Shown here: piece by piece, positions 9,203-16,942 of the stretch
Layout: each line of letters opens with the position of its first letter
Position numbering within the stretch: position 1 is the first letter of the stretch
Origin: Pyrinomonadaceae bacterium
GTDB taxonomy: Bacteria > Acidobacteriota > Blastocatellia > Pyrinomonadales > Pyrinomonadaceae
Assembly: GCA_041749275.1 (NCBI GenBank)
Contig: JBGTBQ010000014.1
Location: 1,751-65,750 of the forward strand
Length of the DNA stretch: 64,000 bases
Direction of reading: 5' to 3'
Made by a program: the position numbers and the translations under genes
Notes under the pieces: generated by a model
Databases searched by the model: none
What the model saw: only the letters and a program-made list of their open reading frames with translations
What the model was told of the DNA's origin: nothing

Positions 9203-10186
9203 ATGTTCAGACACAAAACTACTCGCCTGCCATCCGTGCTGGCGATCATGCTCGCTTTAACATTCACATCTCCCGCACTCGCTACTCAAAAAAATGATAA
9301 GAAGAAAGAGGCTCCGCCGCGAGGCACGCCTGTCATGTGGCGCGAGCCGGTGGACATTGCTTCGCGCGACCTCTTTCTGGGGCCGGGCGGCGCGGCGATG
9401 CGGCCCGATCTGAGGCGGGTGACTTTCATCAAGGAAGAGACCGGCGGCTATTCGACGAAGTACCGCGTCCGCGATGGCGCGGGACGCGAGTGGGTAGCGA
9501 AGGTGGGCAAGGAGGCGCAGTCGGAGACCGCCGCCGTAAGGCTGGTCTGGGCGGTGGGCTACGAGACCGAGATCAACTATCTCGCGCCGCGCCTCACGAT
9601 AGAAGGGAAAGGCACTTTCGAGAACGTGAGGCTCGAAGCGCGCCCGAAGGGCGTCAAGCGTCTGGATGCGTGGAAGTGGGACGAGAATCCTTTCGTCGGC
9701 ACGAAAGAGCTACAAGGGCTGATCGTCATGATGGCGCTCCTGAATAACTGGGACATCAAGGACGACAACAACAAAATCCTCTACGTGCGTGAGGAGACGG
9801 GCGCGGAGCAACTGCGATATATCATCAGCGACCTCGGCGCGACTTTTGGTCGAGTGAAGACGGATGCGCCCGTCATCTGGCGCATCCGCCGCAACCGCAA
9901 CGATCCGGAAGACTACTGGAAAGACCCGTTTCTTGAGGACGTGAAAGGCGGCAACGTCTTCCTCTTCTACAAGGGAAAGCGACAGGACTTGTTCGACGAC
10001 ATCCGCGTCGAAGAGGCGCGTTGGATCGGCGGTTGGCTCTCGCGTCTGAGCGACCGACAACTCGACGACGCCTTCCGCGCCGCGAATTACAAGCCCGATG
10101 AAGTAAGGTTGTTGACGCAGGCCGTCCGCGCGAGGATAGACGAGCTGGCCGGCCTCTCGAACTCCGGCGTTGTCGGGCGCCGCTGA
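9203..10186 (+). CDS. Exported protein with protein-kinase-like motifs (possible atypical or CotH-like kinase), otherwise uncharacterised
   Basis: ORF 9152..10186(+). Start moved to MFRHKTTRLPSVLAIMLALTFTSPALA|TQ (signal peptide, GGGGAGG upstream). Motifs occur in kinase order: ETGGYSTKY, EWVAKVG, SETAAVRL, NNWDIKDDNN (D-x-K-x-x-N) and ISDLGATFG (D-x-G). Confidence 0.6.
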   Translation: MFRHKTTRLPSVLAIMLALTFTSPALATQKNDKKKEAPPRGTPVMWREPVDIASRDLFLGPGGAAMRPDLRRVTFIKEETGGYSTKYRVRDGAGREWVAKVGKEAQSETAAVRLVWAVGYETEINYLAPRLTIEGKGTFENVRLEARPKGVKRLDAWKWDENPFVGTKELQGLIVMMALLNNWDIKDDNNKILYVREETGAEQLRYIISDLGATFGRVKTDAPVIWRIRRNRNDPEDYWKDPFLEDVKGGNVFLFYKGKRQDLFDDIRVEEARWIGGWLSRLSDRQLDDAFRAANYKPDEVRLLTQAVRARIDELAGLSNSGVVGRR

Positions 10187-10212
10187 CGCCGCTCAAGTTG
10201 TTGGCAGGCTGT

Positions 10213-10268
10213 GAGCGCCGCTTCGTCACTTCGGCAAACACCGAAGTTGAATTATGATGGCGGCGCTC
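10213..10268 (+). terminator. Nested hairpin after the kinase-like gene
   Basis: Outer stem GAGCGCCGC/GCGGCGCTC encloses an inner stem ACTTCGG-caaaca-CCGAAGT. It begins 27 nt after the stop. No U-tract. Confidence 0.3.
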
Positions 10269-10325
10269 TAACAGCTCGCCGCGTCCGAACTATGTTCGGC
10301 GCGAGACGAACGGAGAACAGCCGAA

Positions 10326-11246
10326 GTGTGGAGTAACCGCAGAGTCCTCATCATGGCGGCGCTGGTCGCTGGCCTTGTTGGTTTCGGAGCCGCTGCCCTC
10401 TTTTTCAGGGGCGGAAGCACCGAAGCCCCCATGCGTGAGGCTGCCCCCGCCGTCAACGCCAGCCCCACGCCTCCAGCGCAGACAGCGCCGGTCACTCGAC
10501 CGCAGCCGACAGCCGAAGAGAACCCGCTCCTCAGAATCCTTGAGGGCGGCGAGGTCACTTCCGCGCCGGACGGGCCGCGCAGTCTGGTGGAGACGTTCCT
10601 GACCGTCACGTTGCGGCTGACGCTCGCCGCCGTCCTCGCGGCGATGCTCGCCTTCCGCCCGCGTCGCGTCCGGCGCATCATCAGGCGCAATCCCTTCGTC
10701 GCACAGACGCAGATTCTGCTGGCGGTCGTCTCATCGGCTCTGATGATGATCGTCGGCGATAGCGCGGCGCGCGCCTTCGGCATCTTCGCCGCCGTCTCAT
10801 TCGTCAGGTTCCGCACCAACATCCGCGACCCGAAGGAAGTGACGGTGTTGCTCGTCAGTCTCGCCATCGGACTGGCGACGGGCACGGGGCGTTGGGAGCT
10901 GGCGATCATCCTCAGCTTCTTTATCCTGTTGCTGCTGTGGGGGCTTGAATACCGCGAGCCGGAGCTGCTTTTCCGTGCGATGGAACTGACGGTCAAGACG
11001 CGGAACGTGGATGCGGCGCAGGATATTCTGCTGCGGCTCTTCAGGAAGTACAAGTTCGATGCCGAGATGCGGACGCTCGACCGGCCCGACGAGGATGACG
11101 CGGTCGGCTGCGTCATCTACCACGTCAACATCAGCCCGCTCGTCAGCACAGACCGATTGAGCGAAGAGATTCTCACCGCCGACTCGAATAACATTGACAG
11201 CGTCGAGTGGGATCAACAAAAGAATCCCGCACACTACTACCAGTGA
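10326..11246 (+). CDS. DUF4956-family integral membrane protein
   Basis: 306 aa, GTG start with GGAGAA upstream. The core AFGIFAAVSFVRFRTNIRDPKEVTVLLVSLAIGLATG matches my recollection of the DUF4956 signature (..S.VRFRT.I.DPRD....F..I..G...G). The C-terminal soluble domain has an unknown fold. Confidence 0.65.
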   Translation: MWSNRRVLIMAALVAGLVGFGAAALFFRGGSTEAPMREAAPAVNASPTPPAQTAPVTRPQPTAEENPLLRILEGGEVTSAPDGPRSLVETFLTVTLRLTLAAVLAAMLAFRPRRVRRIIRRNPFVAQTQILLAVVSSALMMIVGDSAARAFGIFAAVSFVRFRTNIRDPKEVTVLLVSLAIGLATGTGRWELAIILSFFILLLLWGLEYREPELLFRAMELTVKTRNVDAAQDILLRLFRKYKFDAEMRTLDRPDEDDAVGCVIYHVNISPLVSTDRLSEEILTADSNNIDSVEWDQQKNPAHYYQ

Positions 11247-11295
11247 GTGAGCGGCGGAAAAAGCATCTCCCCTATCGGGCGGAGAAACCTAAGCG

Positions 11296-11491
11296 CGCGT
11301 CTAAAAAGCCATGCGTCGTAGCTCCGTGAGGAGCGAAATGTTTATAGCCCGTCGCGTGCCATGAGGTCGCTGAAGCTCCGTGAGGAGCGACATGTGAGGT
11401 AGGCTCTGCCGCCCCTCCGGGGCTTGAAAGAACAAGGGGAGAGCGACGCGGGCGATAAACATTCCGCCCCTCACGGGGCTTTTTAGACACG
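11296..11491. repeat. MITE-like composite of hairpin units with 15-bp terminal inverted repeats
   Basis: Terminal repeats: CGCGTCTAAAAAGCC (11296-11310) versus the reverse complement of GGCTTTTTAGACACG (11477-11491), matching 14/15. Internal units: AGCTCCGTGAGGAGCGAAATGTTTATAG (11320-11347), AGCTCCGTGAGGAGCGACATGTGAGGTAG (11374-11402), an inverted GCCGCCCCTCCGGGGCTT (11408-11425) and an inverted GATAAACATTCCGCCCCTCACGGGGC (from 11454). The same unit family recurs at 56620-56772. Confidence 0.7.
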
Positions 11492-11543
11492 CTCTTAGCT
11501 CACAAATGGCTTGATGCTTGACGTGGACTGCTAGCTCGATCTC

Positions 11544-11577
11544 AAAAAAATAAGGCCGCTCGAAGTCGGGCGGCCTT
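11544..11577 (-). terminator. Rho-independent terminator of the phosphatase gene
   Basis: On the minus strand, AAGGCCGC...GCGGCCTT (8-bp GC-rich stem) is followed immediately by U7 (the A7 run at 11544-11550 on the plus strand). Confidence 0.75.
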
Positions 11578-11610
11578 TCAATTTACAGGAGGAAGAATCC
11601 GAAACGAAGA

Positions 11611-12237
11611 TTAAAATCGAGACATGACCGTCGAGGTGGAAGTGGTCGAAGCCGCGGGGATAGCAGCGGCCCTCTGCGTCTGAACACGCTGCCAGTAGTC
11701 TTCCACGAACTTTTTAAAGTCGCCGTGGCCCCAGCGTGTGTAGAAGTCGAACTGCTTCATTTCCTTATAAGCCTGTTCGTAATTCCAGCCGTAATGGTTG
11801 AAGCGATAGACGGCGCCCAGCACGCCGGTTCGGTGGCGTCCGCCGTGACAGTGTAGATAGAACTTGCCGGTCGAGGCGTCTTCGGCGAGTTTCATGAATT
11901 CGGCGACGTGCTCTTCCTTTGGATATTTCTTCTCAATCATCGGGATGTTGACGTAGCGCATCCCCAGCGATTCGACCCACCCCTTCTCTTCCGGCTCTGG
12001 CTTGGCTTGCAGATCAATGACGGTGTTGATGCCGAGTTCTTTCAGCGCCTGAAAGTCTTCAAGATTTTTCGGTTCGGCGCCGCGGTAAAAACGCTCGTCC
12101 ATCTGACCGAAATTTTTAATGTGAACGCTTGGAAATTCTTGTGTTGCTGATTCCTGTGCGAAAGTTGTGGCTGAAACTGAAAGGACGGTGAAGACAAGCG
12201 CGACAAGGGAACGAGAGAGGATTCGGATTGATTGCAT
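11611..12237 (-). CDS. Exported Cys-based phosphatase, Siw14/PFA-DSP-like (tyrosine phosphatase family 2)
   Basis: ORF 11611..12252(-). Start set to the ATG at 12237 (MQSIRILSRSLVALVFTVLSVSATTFAQE signal peptide; GGAGGG 6 nt upstream). FYRGAEP...INTVIDL...and the P-loop HCHGGRHRTGVLGAVYR...W....AY.EM..F. Confidence 0.7.
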   Translation of the reverse strand: MQSIRILSRSLVALVFTVLSVSATTFAQESATQEFPSVHIKNFGQMDERFYRGAEPKNLEDFQALKELGINTVIDLQAKPEPEEKGWVESLGMRYVNIPMIEKKYPKEEHVAEFMKLAEDASTGKFYLHCHGGRHRTGVLGAVYRFNHYGWNYEQAYKEMKQFDFYTRWGHGDFKKFVEDYWQRVQTQRAAAIPAASTTSTSTVMSRF

Positions 12238-12685
12238 CTGCTGACCCTCCAAAAGTATGGGCGACGGTAACGACCGTAAGCGGATTATTCGGTTGTAGGG
12301 GTTGCTATAATTTCGATTCAGCGCGAACGCAGTAAATTTACCACGTTCTTTTCAGATCGCCAACGCCTCCGCGCCTTGTCAGGCGACTCGCCGGCGACCG
12401 AGTTTATGATTCAACCGCCCCCACCTAAGTTGCATCACCGGCCCATGAAAAAAATAAGCGGAGGCGACCTCTGTATGGCTGAATCGCAAGCAACCTCCAA
12501 GTTTAGGCTCATTTAACTTTGGCTGGATTTAGTATCGAGGGAAGCGTAAGATGCTGATTGAATTTGTACACACCTCAAATTCAGTCAGTAACCGCGTTTC
12601 GGCAATTCTCCCTTTCAACGCTGCTGAGGTGGCGTGTTGCAAACGCAGCTATAACACGCGGTGTCATATTCTCAAGGAGACTCCA

Positions 12686-14671
12686 GTGGTCGAAGCATTA
12701 AAGAATTTAAAGTCCGCGCATGGGGGTTTTCAGCCTACAGCCGACAACATCTACGACAGGAATCTTGCGCCAACTCCATTTTGGAAAGAGTTGGGTGCGT
12801 CCGATCACTTCGTCCAGTTCTACGAGGCGGAAGGTTTTCTGCTCGACACGTTGGCCGGTTTTATCGGGGCGGGTTTAGATGCGGGCGAAGCATGCATCGT
12901 CGTGGCGACGAAGGAGCGGCGGGAGGGGCTTGCAACACGCTTGCGTGCTCGTGGGCTGGATGTCGCGTCCCTCGGCGCGAGTGGTCGTTACGTCTCGCTG
13001 GACGCGGCGGAGACGCTGAAGGGGTTTATGGTTGCCGGGGAGCCGGAGCCGGGGCGGTTTTCTGAACTCATAGGAAGCGTCATCGCGCGGGTAGCGGAGG
13101 GCGGGCGCCGCGTGCGTATCTTCGGGGAGATGGTCGCGCTCCTCTGGGCGGAGAGAAACTATGAAGCCGCTATTCGGCTGGAAGAACTCTGGAACGACTT
13201 GCACGCGACTCACTCCTATCAACTCTTCTGCGCTTATCCTTTGAGCGGCTTCAGCGACGAAGCCCACGCCGAGCCGCTCCGCCGCGTGTGCGCCGGCCAC
13301 TCCTACATCATCCCCGCCGAAAGCTACACCGCGCTGGCCGAGCCGGACGCGCGCCTCCGGGCCGTCATCGAGTTGCAACAGAAGGCAGAGACGCTCCAGT
13401 CCGAGATCGCGGTTCGTAAGGAGGCGGAGGTGCGGCTCCGGGTCGCGCTGGAAGAACGCGAGCGACTGCTCGTCCGTGAGCAGATAGCGCGGGCCGAAGC
13501 CGAAGGCGCCAACCGGCTGAAGGACGAATTCCTCGCCACGGTCTCGCACGAGTTGCGGACGCCGCTCACCGCGATCATCGGGTGGGCACACATGCTTCGT
13601 CAGAAGGGGCTTGACGAAGCGACTACCGCCCACGGGTTGGAAACCATCGAACGAAACGCGCATTCGCAGGCCCAACTGATTGAGGACATCCTCGACGTGT
13701 CGCGAGTCATCACGGGCAAGCTGCACCTCAAAATCGGGACGGTTGATGTGGCGTCGGTCATCAACGCGGCCATTGACTCCGTGCAGTTAGCGGCTGACAC
13801 GAAGGGCATCAAGTTGGAGGTCACGCTCGACCCTTCGTCCCGGCACGTTACGGGCGATGCCAGCCGCTTGCAGCAGGTCGTCTGGAACCTGCTCGCTAAC
13901 GCCATCAAGTTCACCCCCGCCGGCGGGCGCGTCGAGGTGCGGATGGCGCGCGCTGACGCCGACCTGCAAATCAGCGTCCGCGACACGGGCTGCGGTATCA
14001 GCCCGGATTTCCTCCCCTTCATCTTCGACCGCTTTCGTCAGGGCGACGGCTCTACCACCCGCAACTACGGCGGGCTAGGGCTGGGGCTGGCTATCGTGCG
14101 TCATCTGGTCGAGCTTCACGGCGGCTCGGTGCACGCCCGCAGCGCGGGTGAAGAGTGCGGAGCGATGTTTACAATCAAGCTCCCGCTCGCCTCCGTACAC
14201 GAACAGGGGATTGCTAGGCAGAGAGAGACCGAGAGCGATTCGCCGAGCGAAGTTGATAACTTAAACGACAAGCCCCACGCCGCGCTCGAAGGCGTCAAGG
14301 TGCTGCTGGTTGATGACGAACAAGACACCCTTCAGATGCTCAACCTGCTGCTGACCAAATCCGGGGCCGTGATTCAGACTGCAAGTTCCGTCTCGGGTGC
14401 GCTCGAAGTGCTCCGGTGGTTCAAGCCGGACGTGTTGGTATCCGATCTGGCGATGCAAGGTGAAGACGGCTATTCGCTCATCAGCAAACTGAGGGGGATT
14501 GAGGCCGGAACTGGTAAACAGACGCCGGCAGTCGCTCTGACCGGCTACGTTAGGGTGCAGGATCGCGCGCGTGCATTGTCCGCGGGCTTCAACATGTTCG
14601 TCCAAAAGCCGGTCGAGCCGAACGAGTTAATCACCGTCATCCTGAACCTTACCGAATTGGGTCGGGGATGA
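12686..14671 (+). CDS. Hybrid sensor histidine kinase with an N-terminal MEDS domain and a C-terminal receiver
   Basis: ORF 12551..14671(+). The likely start is the in-frame GTG at 12686, preceded by AAGGAGA. MEDS-like DHFVQFYEAEGFLLDTLAGFIGAGLDAGEACIVVAT; H-box SHELRTPLTAIIGW; N/G boxes NLLANAIKFTP, RDTGCGI, GGLGLGLAIV; receiver LLVDDEQD...VLVSDLAMQGEDG...K. Confidence 0.85.
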   Translation: MVEALKNLKSAHGGFQPTADNIYDRNLAPTPFWKELGASDHFVQFYEAEGFLLDTLAGFIGAGLDAGEACIVVATKERREGLATRLRARGLDVASLGASGRYVSLDAAETLKGFMVAGEPEPGRFSELIGSVIARVAEGGRRVRIFGEMVALLWAERNYEAAIRLEELWNDLHATHSYQLFCAYPLSGFSDEAHAEPLRRVCAGHSYIIPAESYTALAEPDARLRAVIELQQKAETLQSEIAVRKEAEVRLRVALEERERLLVREQIARAEAEGANRLKDEFLATVSHELRTPLTAIIGWAHMLRQKGLDEATTAHGLETIERNAHSQAQLIEDILDVSRVITGKLHLKIGTVDVASVINAAIDSVQLAADTKGIKLEVTLDPSSRHVTGDASRLQQVVWNLLANAIKFTPAGGRVEVRMARADADLQISVRDTGCGISPDFLPFIFDRFRQGDGSTTRNYGGLGLGLAIVRHLVELHGGSVHARSAGEECGAMFTIKLPLASVHEQGIARQRETESDSPSEVDNLNDKPHAALEGVKVLLVDDEQDTLQMLNLLLTKSGAVIQTASSVSGALEVLRWFKPDVLVSDLAMQGEDGYSLISKLRGIEAGTGKQTPAVALTGYVRVQDRARALSAGFNMFVQKPVEPNELITVILNLTELGRG

Positions 14672-14701
14672 CATGCACAAACATTGACCGAGAGAGTCCA
14701 G

Positions 14702-14750
14702 CGGACAGCACAAAGCCCCGGATAATTTATCCGGGGCTTTGTGCTGTCCG
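14702..14750. terminator. Perfect 24-bp palindrome between the convergent histidine kinase and mlaD genes
   Basis: CGGACAGCACAAAGCCCCGGATAA-t-TTATCCGGGGCTTTGTGCTGTCCG. It lies between convergent stops at 14671 and 14775. No flanking U-tract on either strand. Confidence 0.5.
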
Positions 14751-14774
14751 TCGGAAAAACGAATTTCCCTCACC

Positions 14775-15917
14775 TTAAAACAGCTCGAACTTTATCGTCA
14801 GATATTTCTTCGGGTTCTGCCGGAAGTCATAGATCAGCTTCACGCTTTCCGCGGAGAGTTGGTTGACGTTCGAGTAAAGCTGCTCGTCAGTGAGAAGCTT
14901 GCCGGCGGTGCCCTCGCCGCGCTGGACGCCGGCCACGACGCTGTCTATGCGTTCAGCGGCGGTGTTGAATCGTGCGATGGCGGCGCGGGCGTCGTTGTAG
15001 ATGGCCTCATCGGTGAGGAGCTTGCCGGCGGTGCCGCGACCCGCGCGGAGGTCTGTGACGATGACGTTGATCTCGTCCACGGAGCGGTTGAAGCGGGCGA
15101 TGGTGGCGCGCGCCTCGTTGTAGATGGCCTCATCGGTGAGGAGCTTGCCGGCGGTGCCGCGACCCGCGCGCAGGTCGGAGGAGATTTGCTGTAAGGAGAG
15201 GCCGACGGCGTTGAGGTTGTTATAGAGCGCGGGGTCGTTGATGAAGCGGCCCGCCGATCCTTGCCCGGAGCGAATCAGGCGGATCACGTCGTTGGTGTCG
15301 CGGATGGTCGTGTTGAGGTTATTGTAAAACGCCTCATCGTTGACGAAGCGCCCGAACGTGCCCTCTCCCTCATTGACCTTCTTGGCGATGTCGGTGAACT
15401 GCACGGAGAGCTTGTTGAGCTGTTGCATCAGGTCGTTGCCGGATGCCGTGAGTGCGTCGAGATCGCCCTTCGCCTCGCCGGGCAGGAGCAGGTCGCCGTC
15501 CTTGACGGGATTCCCGACCGCCGTGCCGGGGGTGAGGTTAATCATCTTGTCGGTGCCGAGCAGGGACGGCGAGCCGAGACGCGCGGTCGAGTCGTCGCGG
15601 ATGATGTCGGTCGCCGGCCTGCCGTCAATCTCGCTATCAATGGAAAAGAGCGCTTCAACCTTCTCGTTGGGTTTCTCCGACGGGCCAAGCAGGTTTACGT
15701 CCTCGACCTTGCCGATGCGGACGCCCGCGAGCCGTACCTCCGAGCCGCGTCTGAGTCCGTCCGCGTTGGCGAAACGCGCGCGCAGTTTGACCTTCTTCGT
15801 GAAGGGCGAGATGTCGCCCGACGCATTCAGAATCATGAAGATCAATACGCCGATGGAGATGACGACGAGCAGGCCGACGCGCAACTCCCGTAACCCGGTG
15901 CTTTTCTTCGGAGGCAT
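14775..15917 (-). CDS. mlaD: MCE/MlaD-family lipid-transport protein with a 5-repeat C-terminal extension
   Basis: N-terminal TM helix, MCE domain (VKLRARFANADGLRRGSEVRLAGVRIGKVEDV), then five G-x-G-[TS]-x-G-[KR]-[FL]-x-x-D-x-x-x-Y units. Adjacent to mlaF and mlaE. Confidence 0.85.
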   Translation of the reverse strand: MPPKKSTGLRELRVGLLVVISIGVLIFMILNASGDISPFTKKVKLRARFANADGLRRGSEVRLAGVRIGKVEDVNLLGPSEKPNEKVEALFSIDSEIDGRPATDIIRDDSTARLGSPSLLGTDKMINLTPGTAVGNPVKDGDLLLPGEAKGDLDALTASGNDLMQQLNKLSVQFTDIAKKVNEGEGTFGRFVNDEAFYNNLNTTIRDTNDVIRLIRSGQGSAGRFINDPALYNNLNAVGLSLQQISSDLRAGRGTAGKLLTDEAIYNEARATIARFNRSVDEINVIVTDLRAGRGTAGKLLTDEAIYNDARAAIARFNTAAERIDSVVAGVQRGEGTAGKLLTDEQLYSNVNQLSAESVKLIYDFRQNPKKYLTIKFELF

Positions 15918-15926
15918 AGTTTTAAG

Positions 15927-16007
15927 GGATGAAGGATGAAGGATGAAGGATGAAAGGAAATTCTTCCACCCGCTTTTATTTCATCCCTCATCCCTCATCC
16001 TTCATCC
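15927..16007. repeat. Heptamer-repeat hairpin in the mlaF-mlaD spacer: (GGATGAA)x4 opposite (YTCATCC)x4
   Basis: Left arm 15927-15954 is GGATGAA x4. Right arm 15980-16007 is TTCATCC CTCATCC CTCATCC TTCATCC. The loop is about 25 nt. It fills most of the 95-nt gap between the mlaF stop (16013) and the mlaD start (15917). Confidence 0.85.
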
Positions 16008-16012
16008 TTTCC

Positions 16013-16924
16013 TTAGTGTCCGCGAATGAACCGCTGGATGTATGGGTCCTCGGTTTTGTGGAGCGATTCATCAGAGCCTTCAAAGATGATGTTGCCGTTG
16101 CGAAGCATCAAGACTTTGGTGTTAATCAAACACAAGCGCTCGCCCTCTTTCTCGAAGATCACCTCGCCCGCTTCGTTGACGACCGCATACTCCTGCGTCA
16201 GATACGCGACGTTGTTCATCTCGTGCGTGACAAACATCGAGGAGACATCTTCGAGGTCGCGCAGCTTGATCGCCAACTCGCAGATGGTGCGCGCCGTCGG
16301 CGGGTCGAGTCCGGCGGTCGGCTCGTCGAACATGACGATCTGCGGGCCGCCGACCAACGCGCGCGCGATGCCGACGCGGCGGCGCATGCCGCCCGACAAC
16401 TCGTTCGGCATCTTGTCAATCGCGTCTTCGAGGTTGACGAAGCGGAGCATCCGACGCACTTCCTGCTCGACCTCTTCTTCCGGGACGCCCTGCTCGTGCA
16501 GGCGATAGGCGACGTTGTCATAGACCGACAGCGAGTCGAAGAGCGCGCCCTCCTGAAAGATCATGCCGATCTTTTTGCGGACGCGCATCATCTCGGCTTC
16601 GGTGAAGTCCGTGATGTCCTCGCCATCAACGAAGATGCGACCCGAATCGGGCTTCAGGAGTCCGAGGATGAGCTTGATGGTCGTGGACTTGCCGCCGCCG
16701 GACCCGCCGAGAATGATCTTCGACTCGCCCTTCCGAACTTTGAAACTGAGGCCGTCGAGAATCTTGCGGTCGTCGAACGAGAGATGCACGTCGCGGAACT
16801 CGATGGCGGGGACGATCCGCTCGCGGTCGTCCACCTCGGCAAAGGTGGACTCCGCCGCGTCCTCGCTCACGCCGCCGACCATGCCGGGGTCCGTGCGATG
16901 AACTTCTACATCAGTGGAAGCCAT
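16013..16924 (-). CDS. mlaF: ABC transporter ATP-binding protein, MlaF-like
   Basis: Walker [10 protein letters not shown], signature LSGGMRRR, Walker B IVMFDEP. Positioned between mlaE and mlaD. Confidence 0.85.
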   Translation of the reverse strand: MASTDVEVHRTDPGMVGGVSEDAAESTFAEVDDRERIVPAIEFRDVHLSFDDRKILDGLSFKVRKGESKIILGGSGGGKSTTIKLILGLLKPDSGRIFVDGEDITDFTEAEMMRVRKKIGMIFQEGALFDSLSVYDNVAYRLHEQGVPEEEVEQEVRRMLRFVNLEDAIDKMPNELSGGMRRRVGIARALVGGPQIVMFDEPTAGLDPPTARTICELAIKLRDLEDVSSMFVTHEMNNVAYLTQEYAVVNEAGEVIFEKEGERLCLINTKVLMLRNGNIIFEGSDESLHKTEDPYIQRFIRGH

Positions 16925-16942
16925 AAAAATCGCCCGCGCTGT

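Noticed and set aside
11272-11490. 72-aa ORF (..YKHFAPHGA..), and similar ORFs 26515..26736(+), 39106..39417(+) and 4450..4653(+)
   Set aside because: Each lies within or starts inside a repeat or hairpin element, with no ribosome-binding site and no protein-like composition. They are read-through of structured non-coding DNA.
12551-12685. N-terminal 45 codons of the histidine kinase ORF
   Set aside because: This is an AT-richer segment with no ribosome-binding site. An in-frame GTG at 12686 is preceded by AAGGAGA and sits just before the MEDS domain. The upstream start cannot be fully excluded.
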